A stretch of DNA of 64,000 nucleotides from assembly GCA_047495785.1 (NCBI GenBank), contig JBLDXI010000046.1, positions 1,178,001 through 1,242,000 on the forward strand. The letters run 5' to 3'. The stretch comes from Lepidodermella squamata (taxonomy: Eukaryota > Animalia > Gastrotricha). Below are positions 1-10,333 of the stretch, piece by piece (position 1 is the stretch's first letter; the number at the start of each line of letters is the position of its first letter). Both the position numbers and the translations under genes were made by a program. Under the pieces are notes generated by a model that was given only the letters and a program-made list of their open reading frames with translations, was not told the DNA's origin and searched no databases.

Positions 1-471
1 GCTAAACATACTTTCCCGACCTGAAAGTATTTTCAGACTAAGAACTCGGTTTTCTCTCAACAGCGAGTATTTTTTACTCTGGAATACCATTTTTGCCTTC
101 GAGGAAGTGAGAATTTGAAGCAACTAACCAAGAATTCGTTTGTCTTTATCACCGAACCAGACGGCCGTGAAGCAGTGACCTGCTATTAGACAAATTCTAC
201 AAATCCGCCCCCGACGGCCGTGGCCGAAACAAGCGTTACTACATTGGTTCATTTGATGGTAAAGAGCGTTGCCCGGTCGAAGCTATTCGGTTCTATTTTC
301 AACATTTTTCACCTGATCCTGACAATTTTTCGCAATTTTCTCTCTGATTTTCCTTTGACTGGACAAAAAGGTAAGGTATGAGTGCAAGAAATACCAAATT
401 AAAAGACGGATTGCCCAAATTTATCACACTACAATTTAATCGCCCTCTCCAAATTAAAAAAAGAGAAAATG

Positions 472-1208
472 CTAGCTGAACTTACGAGATACAAGCTCCG
501 AGCCTTCCGATTTGATGCCATCCGCTAAAAGGTGCTCTGCTATGGTGAAAGCAACATCTTGGCGACTGACAGAATCTTCAAGAAAATCGATGGAAAAGCC
601 CTTCGAACGATCCAGGGCAACAGCCAGCAGGTGGGACGAAAAGCACTCAGGAAGGACTGATTTCTTGGCTGAGTAAACCATTTCGAAATGATCAGAGCAG
701 TTCAAACAAGCGGACAGGTATAGCGCAATCGCATCCAACGGTGTGAATTGCGCCAATGTAGCTTTCGATTCCGCAGTCCATTGCCTTATCGAGCAATACT
801 GCAGCCATGAAAAAACGTGCGAGTCCAATAGATCATAACTCTCAACCACAATTCGATGGCAGCCGAACATGTAAGGAAGCAGGAGTTGCGAATTTTTGAG
901 AGCGCAGCATTCAGAAAATGATTTGTGGCTACATGTGACCAGAGAAATCTCCTTGGGGTCACAGCCATGAGATTTCACAGAATCGACGATTAGCGATTGG
1001 AGAACTCGAGGGATTGAAGCTAGAAACTCAGGATTTTCAATCGAACAAGAATCGGCCGACTTGCTGTTGCGGCAACCCAAATCACTATGATCCACCTTAA
1101 TCAAAGGATTCTGAAAAAAATCGGAATATTAGGGTGAAATTAACATATCAAAAATACCTGGTCACGTTTGCATAATTTTGAAATTTTTCGAGGCGGCGAG
1201 TCAGACAT
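472..1208 (-). CDS. Uncharacterised ~229-aa protein; its first exon resembles exon 1 of the neighbouring TRIM-like genes
   Basis: Exon 1 1158-1208 (MSDSPPRKISKLCKRDQ, 17 codons), GT..AG intron 1111-1157, exon 2 472-1110 in frame with the 210-aa ORF. No recognisable domain. Confidence 0.65.
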
Positions 1209-1285
1209 TTTTTATTAGAAAAATTCTAGGAAACAAAATCATGAACAATTTAAGCTATTAACAATTTAAAGTTAAGCTAGAACAA

Positions 1286-4200
1286 TTATTCAAAAATTCC
1301 GTTTTCTTCGAAAGTTTTGATGATCAGCCGACGCTTTAGGTTCAAGGCCAGAGCCATGGGAGAAAAAGCCTGCCGATTCTTCATTGCAATGAGCTCGGGG
1401 TGATTTTTAAGAAAGAACTGCACACCTTTAACCCAATCCTCCTCAACAGCGATATGCAATACGGTGTAATCAAAACAGGCCTCGTCGCCTAAAAACGGAT
1501 TTGCGCCCTTTGAAATGAAATATTTGACTAGTTCGAGGTTTTTGCACCAAGCAGCCAAGTGGAGGGGTGATCGGCGGAATCTACTCAGCGAATTGACTGA
1601 AGCTCCGTATTTTTCAACCAACCGATTTGCAAGGAACGAGAAGCCACTTTTAGCAGCTAAATGCAATGCGTTGAAGCCATTTTCTTGATCTAAAGTATTT
1701 TTCGCTAATTCAGGGTAATAGCCCAAAATACAAATCGCTTGGTGGAAGTAGTTTTTCTTGATGGCTTTACACAGTGATTGCGTTACAACTTCAACTTTCG
1801 TATCGGATTTAACACTTTTCGTAAGTTCAAGGCACTGACCAACTATTGAGGTTTCGCCTCTATGAGCAGCTTCTTCGAACAAACTTCTCTCGTTATTTTC
1901 AATTTTTCCAAACAAGCACTGCTCTCTTGAATCCTCTGAATCGGCAATCAAATCCAAGAATCTTTGAAAGCCGTAGTAATCTCCTTCCTGTATTGCCCGT
2001 TTCAATGCGAACATGTTGAATTTTCGCTGGAAATTTAAAAAATTGAAACAATTGAATGGTGGATTTAAAATAAACCCCCCCTAAAAGCTACGTTTTTCAA
2101 TAATTAGGAAAATAATGATAAATAAGTGATTTTGGGTGATTGGAATCGTATAGAAAAAACTTGAACAACGATACATCATTTTCACGGCAACCACAAAAAT
2201 GGTAGAAAAAATAAGGTCGAAACATTTGCACCCCTACAAATGGGGTTCCAGCACCAAATTTAAGCGTCTCAAAATTGAATGTCTTCGTTTATTTGCGATT
2301 TTGGCTTTTCCTAATCGGCGTTGATACCGCGATATTTCTTCTGGAAGTCTTTGGCGGTGGGTAGAAATATTTTAAATGCTGCTCTCTGCTTTCCAAGAAT
2401 CGAAACTACTATCGGAAAATATCCAAATTTTCAGTTTTACATTGGGAAAATCGAAAAATCTCAAGGAGGGGAATTTTTTCATTTTTTGGAAGCGATGTGT
2501 TCGAGTGCAAAATTTATAGTGCGGAACCCCAGATTTGCCGCATGGCACTTGGCGCACAACAAAATATATCCACGACGAAATTCCCGAATCAATTTTGAAA
2601 TTAGCGTCCGGAGCATTAAGGCCTCATCTACTAATCCTATTTAATTCGATCATCGACTCAGGTTCGATTCCTAAACAATGGAAGGTAGCAATAGTTAGCC
2701 CGCTACACAAAGGTGGCTCTAAATCAGATGTAGGAAATTTTCGCCCGATTTCGATTCTTTCACCGATCTCAAGAACATTCGAACGCTGCCTTTCCATCCA
2801 AATTAAGGAACATATATCCGATATCCAATTTTTATCAACTAGCCAATTCGGTTTTCGCAAATACCACTCAACAGACAGTTGCTTAGCAAAATTGACGAAC
2901 GACTGGCGTAAGGCCCATGAAATGGGACTAACTACTGTTGCTGTTGCTATTGACTTAAGTAAGGCGTTCGACTCATTACATCATGACGGAGTCTACAAAT
3001 CACTCGATAGCGCTGGTTTTTCCTCCGAAGCTGTAGGCCTCATCAGAAACTATCTTTCGGACCGATCTCAGTTCACCAAAATTAATAGCCTTTTATCAAA
3101 CCAAGAGCCAATTTTGTACGGAGTACCACAAGGTAGCGTACTAGGACCGTTATTATTTACATTATACATCAACGAGATGGCCTCAATTCCTCGTTTTGCT
3201 AAATTAATTCAGTTTGCCGACGACACCACAGTTTATCACTCGGGTAAAAATGTCGAAAAAATTCAGAGGGAACTTCAAGACGATTTGAACCGTCTGAGCG
3301 ATTGGCTTGCTTCAAATAGCCTTATGGTCAATGGTAAAAAATCCCAGTTGATCGTGCTACCAACTGACTATAACACACTTTCCCCACCAAAATTCGATAT
3401 CAAAATTGAAAATTGTCCGATTGAAACAACATCGTCGTTCAAAATCTTAGGTTTCACTCTTGATAACAAGATGTGCTTCAAGGATCATTTGAAAGTGATT
3501 AGGAACAAAACTCGTAGTGGTCTATTTGCGTTGAGAATCGCTGCCAAATATCTCGACCGAAAAACGCTAAAACTGATGGCAAATGGTCTCATTTTCTGCC
3601 ACCTGACGTATTGCGACACAACTCTATCGCAATTGGCACCTACGAAATTAAAGAAACTGCAAAGGCGCCAGGACCAGGCTGTCCGAATAATTTGCCGCGC
3701 TCCAGCGAACGCCGACCCGGTACCGCTGCGACAAAGTCTGCGTTGGCTAGATTTGGATGGGAAGCGTAAAGTCCATCTGGCTACCTTGATCTGGCGGTGC
3801 TTAAATGACGAAGCACCGGTTGCAATCGCTGCTTTTTTTACCAAGCAAACCGCGACGGGCTCCACTCGAAGCCAAACAGCCAAGAAAACTATGAGCTGTC
3901 TCCTTAAAATGCCAAAGACAAAGTCCAAGACCATGGACCGTTGTCTTGAACACCACGGGGCAGTTTTTTGGAACAGTTTGCCCGACGCAGTGCGCTCTGC
4001 AACAAGCGCAGATCAGTGCAGGAACTTGGTCTACAACTACCTATTAAGTCTGGCTCCCAACACCAATCTCAACAAAAAGCCAGCAGCCTGAAATGAAACC
4101 TATACTCCCATATTTTTCTACCATTATTGTTGCTCAATTTTATACTGATTTTTGTCAACTTATCTAACATGATGTTTTATAACTACATAATCTTGTGTAC

Positions 4201-7095
4201 AGTTTGATCAAACCCTAACTAATCCATTGTCTTTTTTTACAGCTGAGCTTTCCAACTTTTTCTAAAAACGGATGAATGGCTCCTAAATAAAATAAATAAA
4301 TAAGCCAAACGCGAGAAATTTCCTTATCATGCAGAGCGTCTAAATTTCAGCGGAATACAATTTCAAATTCGTCGAAAAATGCCCAACCAATTATCAGAAT
4401 TAAAAATAAATTCCAAGTAGCCAGTAACACTTCTCCCCAAAAGTATGTTCAGTATTTCTTCAAACCTCTCCGTCCGCTTCGCTGTCATTCGTAAGTTCGA
4501 AGTACGGGTCAGAAATCCCCTCCAAAGCGTCGCTAAGTTTGAACTCTTCTTCCCTGATATTGCTTGTAATTCGGCTGATATTCGTCGATGTGTTCTCAAT
4601 CTTTTCCGAATAAAAAATAAAATAAATATATAAATGTTATATAATTAAAGGGTGTGCCAACTGCACCTACCTAAATAAAGACTCCAGCACTAAATTTGGA
4701 GCTCCAGCACTAAATTTGAAAGTCGCTCCCACTAATCCTATTTAGGACTAAATAAGCAACTCTAGCACTAAATATACAAAGCCACCACCTAATTCATGGA
4801 TAGGAATGCCATCATGTCGCACTGGCGAGGCCGCTGGATAGCAGTTACTTCGAGGATCAGCCAAGCGACCGGGGGCCTATTCCCTGTACCCTATCCCCAA
4901 GCAAGATGAATCAACCATGAAAAATTTCACACTAAGTAACCACACATTTGGTTGTAATGTTATTCCGCCGCTGATCGCAAGCAGGTTCACGCATCACTGG
5001 CAGGTCAAAGGTCAAAAGTTTGCCAGGCCGTAAAAAATAAGCTCCTATGCAAATAAGGCAGGGTGTTGAAATCTAAGTTACGTTGAGAAGGCCTCTTTTA
5101 GGAGGGAAGCATTAGTCTACCATAGTCTACCATAGCCATGGGCAAATAGCACTATTTTAGTCTTTGCTACTAGCCGCTCGCCTCCTGCTGAAACGAGACG
5201 TGGCAAATCATGACAGTCCCATCTATATCCTATCCATTTCATAAGGTAAAAGCCGTCTGTTACCATGCATTATTGCGCAACGCCTAACCTTTAAACAATG
5301 ACTGCGATAATAGAGATTGCAATGTCTCAATTAGCTCTAAATGATTATTGAAGCTCTGATAAGTTTTCGGAAGAAGCCACCGAAATACAGTCCATAGTCC
5401 ATACTGTAACTCAGTGTCCCACCATGATGGTCCCGCGTAAAAGAGCCAATGGCGGCGTTCGGAGCAAAGTTGTCGGCAGTGAGCAAAAGAGTGTATCATA
5501 ACGCGATGCTAATCTCAACGTCATGGCTCATTTGCATAATAGGCCTTATTTTCATGTCTGCCATTAAGCAATCAAGCTAAAATTTCAGAATCTTCATTTT
5601 TATTTAAAGTTGAATTTCTCAAAACGGATATAGAACATGCATATTTGAGGTAGGCAACCCAACTGTTGTGACGATACAAAAACCGCTTTTTTACTACGAT
5701 TTCATTTATTTTGATGAGATCAAGACTGAGGAGCAATTGCCCACCTCAAATCTTATATATACCACATGAAAGAGCAGCTCGCGTTCTACATGCTTTCAAA
5801 ATTTGTTGAACAATGGAGAAGCGCTCGATATAATTAGGCAAATCAAAATTTCTGCTTGAGTGCTTATTCTGGTGACTTTTTCTCTATATGGGAATACGGT
5901 AAAACCCTAAGCATGCATGGTCTGAAGACGCGTGGTCGAGAATGCCTGAGAGCCTCATCTGGTCTTAACAGCAGTAATAGACACTGAATGCTGATATTTA
6001 GTGCTGGAACTCATATTTAGGTGCCCAAATAATTTAGTGTAAGCTGTTTGCAAATTAGGTAAACGTACTCTCAAATTTAGTGCTGGAACCTTATTTTAGG
6101 TGGTGCACTTATTTAGACCCATAATTAAAACATCACCTTAGACCAAGTGGAACCGATTTTTCTGCGAAACTCGGCGATTTCTGACATCTGCTGGTCGAAA
6201 ACTGACTTTGACGCGATCACATCCGCCTCAGCCAGCAGTTCTTGATCAACTCGAAAAGAAGCATTTTTGCTGATCGTTTTGCGCAATTCATCCGCCATTT
6301 CATCAACACCAGACTCGAAATTGCTCTTCCCCAATTCGATAGATTGTTGATATTTGGATTCGGTATCAATCAAAAACGACTTTAACTGCTCTTTCAATTC
6401 GGAAACTTGCGATTCGACAGATTTTATTCTGCTGTTCACTTTCGCTTCATCGGTCAAATCAGAAACCTTCTCCTCAATCTATAAATTGATGCCAAAAATT
6501 AGCGAAAATTATTTGATTAAAACTAACATTTTTACTTTGATTTTCAAAGCAGCGATTTCTTTCCGCATATTTTCAGCGTGGAGGTACCGACAGCCTTCAC
6601 AAAAACTACGCTGGCAATGCGAACATGTTACCGAATCAATCGAGACTGATAGATGAAAGCAATGGTCGTTTTTTGACACATCGAAATCACCTTTGTTTGA
6701 CGGCCGCGATTTTTTCGGCACTTTGATAGAATCAATTGTTCGCGTTAATGAGATATTTCGAGTTAGACCTATGAATACAAAAATTATTTCAGAATTTTCA
6801 GGGTGAAAATAACCTCTAACGCCGTGTTTTGGTAGGGTAGAAACAGTTCGGCATTCCGGGCAGGAAATCGTGGTTTTATCGGCGTGGGCTTTCACGACTT
6901 GAAAAATGCATTTGAGGCAGAATGAATGGCCGCAAACTGGTAGGAATCGAGGATCCAGATAAAGCTCGTGGCATACCGGGCACGATGCCGACTGGAATAT
7001 CGCAATAATAATGAATTTTTAAAGTTTTCGAAAATTGAACCAACTTTTTCAGCCGAGCTCATTTTGCGTATTTTACTAGGTGGAGAATTACTCAT
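1286..7095 (-). CDS. TRIM-like E3 ligase, RING + B-box-like + coiled coil + ankyrin repeats (TRIM-ANK copy 1)
   Basis: Exons approx. 7045-7095, 6814-6991 (RING: CPVC..CGHSFCLKC..CPECR), ~6536-6768 (CFH..CSHC..FCEGC..H), 6137-~6478 (coiled coil), 4466-4600 (45 codons, IENTS..DGE), 1286-2026 (ankyrin: ALHLAA, SPLHLAA, TVLHIAV). All junctions GT-AG and frame-consistent; the last two introns are expanded by mobile elements. Confidence 0.8.
2571..4303 (+). mobile_element. 5'-truncated non-LTR retrotransposon (CR1/L2-group LINE), RT domain and 3' end, antisense in an intron of TRIM-ANK 1
   Basis: ORF to 4091 with RT motifs WKVAIVSPLHK, FRPISILS, QFGFR, DLSKAFD, GVPQGSVLGPLLF, FADD and the C-terminal WNSLP motif; 3' UTR ends in a (TAAA)n tail at ~4284-4303; no endonuclease present. 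Confidence 0.93.
4650..6120. mobile_element. Non-autonomous Mutator (MULE)-like DNA element in an intron of TRIM-ANK 1
   Basis: Perfect 9-bp direct repeat ATAATTAAA at 4641-4649 and 6121-6129. Imperfect TIRs GGGT...TGCACC..CCTAAA..TCCAGCACTAAATTTG at both ends, with repeated CCAGCACTAAAT subterminal motifs. No transposase ORF. Confidence 0.75.
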
Positions 7096-7388
7096 GGAAC
7101 ATTAATCCGAAAAATTCTAGAAATAAATCATTTGATAATGGAAAATGTGTATTGCTCGTTTAATCATCGTAAATTCGAAAGAAATTTACCCAAGAATTTT
7201 GAAATAATAATATGCAAATCTGATCAATATCAGACCAACAAACCGACTATGGAAAGAACCGTTGCAATCGTAAGAAAACATATCAGCTAACGTGAAACTA
7301 GAATTCGATAATAATTATATTAAATTTCACAACTTTGCCAAATAGTCGCGATTCAATATTCACATAACATACGAAAAAAATAAAAATG

Positions 7389-10220
7389 TTAATTCAAGCA
7401 TGAACATTCAACAGTGTCGACTTGCATGCTTTGAATGCGATCCAACGCCTCGTCGAAGAAGTCTTTCTCCTGTTCGCCTCGCAAAACTATCCGTTCGATT
7501 AAATGAGATTTCGCCTCAACCTGCAATCGAAAATAATATCGTTTTATGACCCCCATAAATCGATAGCTTTGAGGAAATTTTCATATTTATTCCTTTGACA
7601 TTTGAAATGAAACTAACCTCAGTCCACAGATTGTTCGCGTTCACCCATAAATCCGCAACTTCTTCGAGCTGACAGTCCAAAATAGACTTTGCAGCGAGAA
7701 CTCTTGATTTCTCCAAGAAGCCATCGTCAATTTTGAAACAGAAGGCGTCTTGAGCATCAAGCTGCATTTCTTCAGCGATTTCATTCACATCAAGTTCCAG
7801 GTATTTTTGCTTCTCTTCGATAATTTGCTGGAAATTTTTCGCCATCGACGCAAAATAGTCCTGTATTTCAGCCTTGGCATCGCGGACGATTCGGTCGATT
7901 AGGTCCAACTTATCATTCAATTTGTACTCATTCGCATTTTCAGTATGATTTGAAACCTGTAAAATTATAATCATAAATTCCGTGTGTTCCATTAGTTCAG
8001 TTTCATTCAGTTGTTCAGTTCATAGCGCAACGAATCGACTATAAAAAGCTTCTTGAAACTATCAGCCCTGGAAAAATGACGACAGTTTTTCCTGTCCTTG
8101 GTTTGAGACTAAACGTGGCGAGGCTTCTAAACACCAAAAAACCCGAGCAACCCCAAAAATAGGTTTGATTTCATAATCTTTCCGAACTTTTTCTTTACAC
8201 GTCGCCGTAAGACTCGGCTGATACAATTGCTTGGAAAAATGTGAAATTTGCGCAATTTCTCGCCTATATTTGACAGCCCGCAAAGCAAGCTTTGGCTATT
8301 TCTGACTTGTCGAAAATCAAATGGAACTCAGATGACCGTATCTTGCGAAACACATTTGCTGATCTATTGACCTTCACAATGAAAAATCAATAAGTGAAAC
8401 TGGCCGATTCTGTGCTCGCCGAATTTCAAGTTTGACCGGCTCAAGAAGCATGAATCGGTGCCATATAAACGGCAATTCTGCTTGAATTCAAAGAGCGAGT
8501 GACAACCTATCAATCTGGCACTCAACTGCGAACACTTTGCTCTCGGTTACCGTTCATCTTGCGCAGCTCAATGATCAAATGAGCTCAAGTCCTCAATGGA
8601 AAATTTTTGGCGACTTCGATCTTACTACGCTGCCCCTGTACTCTTCCGAAGCGATGGACCTGATCTTCCGCCAAGTTTCTAAAACGTATCTGGTGTGACT
8701 CTGCAACTCCTAAGCAAACGGAGGTTTGTCGGAGTGATGACATATCTGTATAAAATAATAGTGGCAGGAAGAGGCACGCCACAAATTCGGTCAAAATTCG
8801 CCAAGATTCGAAAACAGCGGATGAGAAGCCGAGCGACCGCAAAGAAACACTGGCATCAAATCAGCCTGCTTAAAAAGCCGTCGACCAGCGACACAAAGCC
8901 GTACAGGCGAATGCTGGAAATCGAAAAATGGAATAACATCCCGAGAGACGCCTTCCCTAACTTTGTTGATATAGAATTGTTTAAAGGTCAGATGAACGAT
9001 CTAGGCCACCACTGTTAACATCTGTGTGGTGCCGAAAACATGCTATATATATATAAAAAATCGTTCAAAAGTTCGGTCCAAAGCTCAACGGCCAAGGTTA
9101 AAAATTCAAGAGCACAACGGCTGAAAATATTTTGCCTGCACCCAACCACTGAAATATCCACAATCGATCTGCCATTTTGCGCTGGCTGCGACTTGGAGAA
9201 GCTATTGAAATTTAGCCCCACTTCGCTTCATGGGCGGTCTAGCGGTTGTCTGCGATTCCTAATGATTCGTGAGTCGATTTTCAACCTGATCAATTGTTTA
9301 CTGTTGATCGACAGTGAACACTGTGCGATAATTCAACATGAGCTCAGCTACTGGTCTTTTCAGATTAAATTTTGAAATGAGTACGAACTAGTTCGACCAT
9401 GCAACATACCAGTGATCAAAAAAATGACTGTAAGGCCTGCTGATGAAAACTTTCACCGTATATTTTCCAATTTTAGCCCATTTACTGATAATCGCCAATC
9501 GAACCATCCCTAAGCCCAGGGTTGAGGGGTCAAGTCGGTTCAAAAACATCAAAAAAAGTTGTTTGAATTTTCAAAATTTCGAGGTGGTGAAAATAAAAAT
9601 ATAAAGATTATAACATATTTGAAGAGAATTTTGAAAATCTGAGTCAACATACCTTAGAAATGATTTCTGCAATGTCTTTCCTCATTTTCTCAGCGTGAAC
9701 AAATTTGCACCCCTCACAGAAGTACAAATCACAGTGAAGGCATTTTTCTGGATTCGTAGACACCGCAACATGCGAGCAGCGATCACCGCTAGCAGCACTA
9801 ACAGCAGAGTCAAATTTATTCCCAGTCGGTATTTTCGTCTCAGAAATCGAGTCGATCATGCGGGCTAGAGAAATATTTCGGACAAGATCTATTCAAAAAA
9901 AATTGATTAAATTTTTATCGAAATTTAATATTTTTAGTTTGCCTTTAGTTCCTTTCTTCGGCAGAGGCGAAACCGTTCTGCATTCCGGGCATTCGATGTT
10001 CAACTTATTTTCACGGGCCGTCACGACTAGTTTGATACATTTCAGACAGAGCGAATGGCCACATTTTGGCAGGTAACGAGGGTCCGTAAAAATTCCGTGA
10101 CAAACGGGGCAAGTAGCTGACTAGAAAAAAATTTAATAGAGGAATTTCAAACAGGCTGATCTGACAAACTTTCTCAATTTCGCTCATTCTAGGCATCTTC
10201 GCTGCCGGAGAGCCATTCAT
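7389..10220 (-). CDS. TRIM-like RING + B-box-like + coiled-coil protein without a C-terminal domain
   Basis: Exon 1 10170-10220 (MNGSPAAKMPRMSEIEK), RING exon (CPVC..CGHSLCLKC..CPECR), GC-AG intron 9889-9942, B-box-like exon (CSH..CLHC..FCEGC..H), ~1.7 kb intron, coiled-coil exon ~7618-7956, last exon VEAKSH..CSCLN* ending at 7389. Confidence 0.75.
8600..9060 (+). mobile_element. Degraded 3' fragment of a LINE ORF2 within a TRIM intron
   Basis: ORF 8695-9018 (LQLLSKRR..YLYKII.G..H..WNNIP..FK) follows the L..RR..LYKI..WN.LP..FK pattern typical of LINE ORF2 C-termini; followed by a (TA)n/A-rich tail at ~9044-9060. Boundaries approximate. Confidence 0.6.
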
Positions 10221-10333
10221 CGTCGAATAATTAAATCCTAAAAACAAAATTTCCAAAATCATCGTTTTATTCATCATGATTATAAACCGCAACAACGAAC
10301 AATTTAATTTGGTAGAAAAATGAGGTAATTAAA

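Noticed and set aside
1286-2014. Stand-alone ankyrin genes (also 10334-10924, 32115-32666, 53691-54614), possibly of endosymbiont origin
   Set aside because: Each has an in-frame splice acceptor upstream that links it to TRIM-like exons, so they are better read as terminal exons.
2655-2675. GGTTCGATTCC T-loop-like motif suggesting a tRNA
   Set aside because: Lies inside the LINE RT coding frame with no cloverleaf; no tRNA, rRNA or SL RNA gene could be supported in the window.
2535-4091. RT ORF as a retron, group II intron, DGR or defence-associated RT
   Set aside because: Motifs and the (TAAA)n tail are those of a 5'-truncated eukaryotic LINE within an intron; no bacterial context.
4680-4775. 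Repeated CCAGCACTAAAT units as a CRISPR-like array
   Set aside because: They are subterminal repeats mirrored in inverted form at ~5995-6090 of a TIR element; no regular spacers or cas genes.
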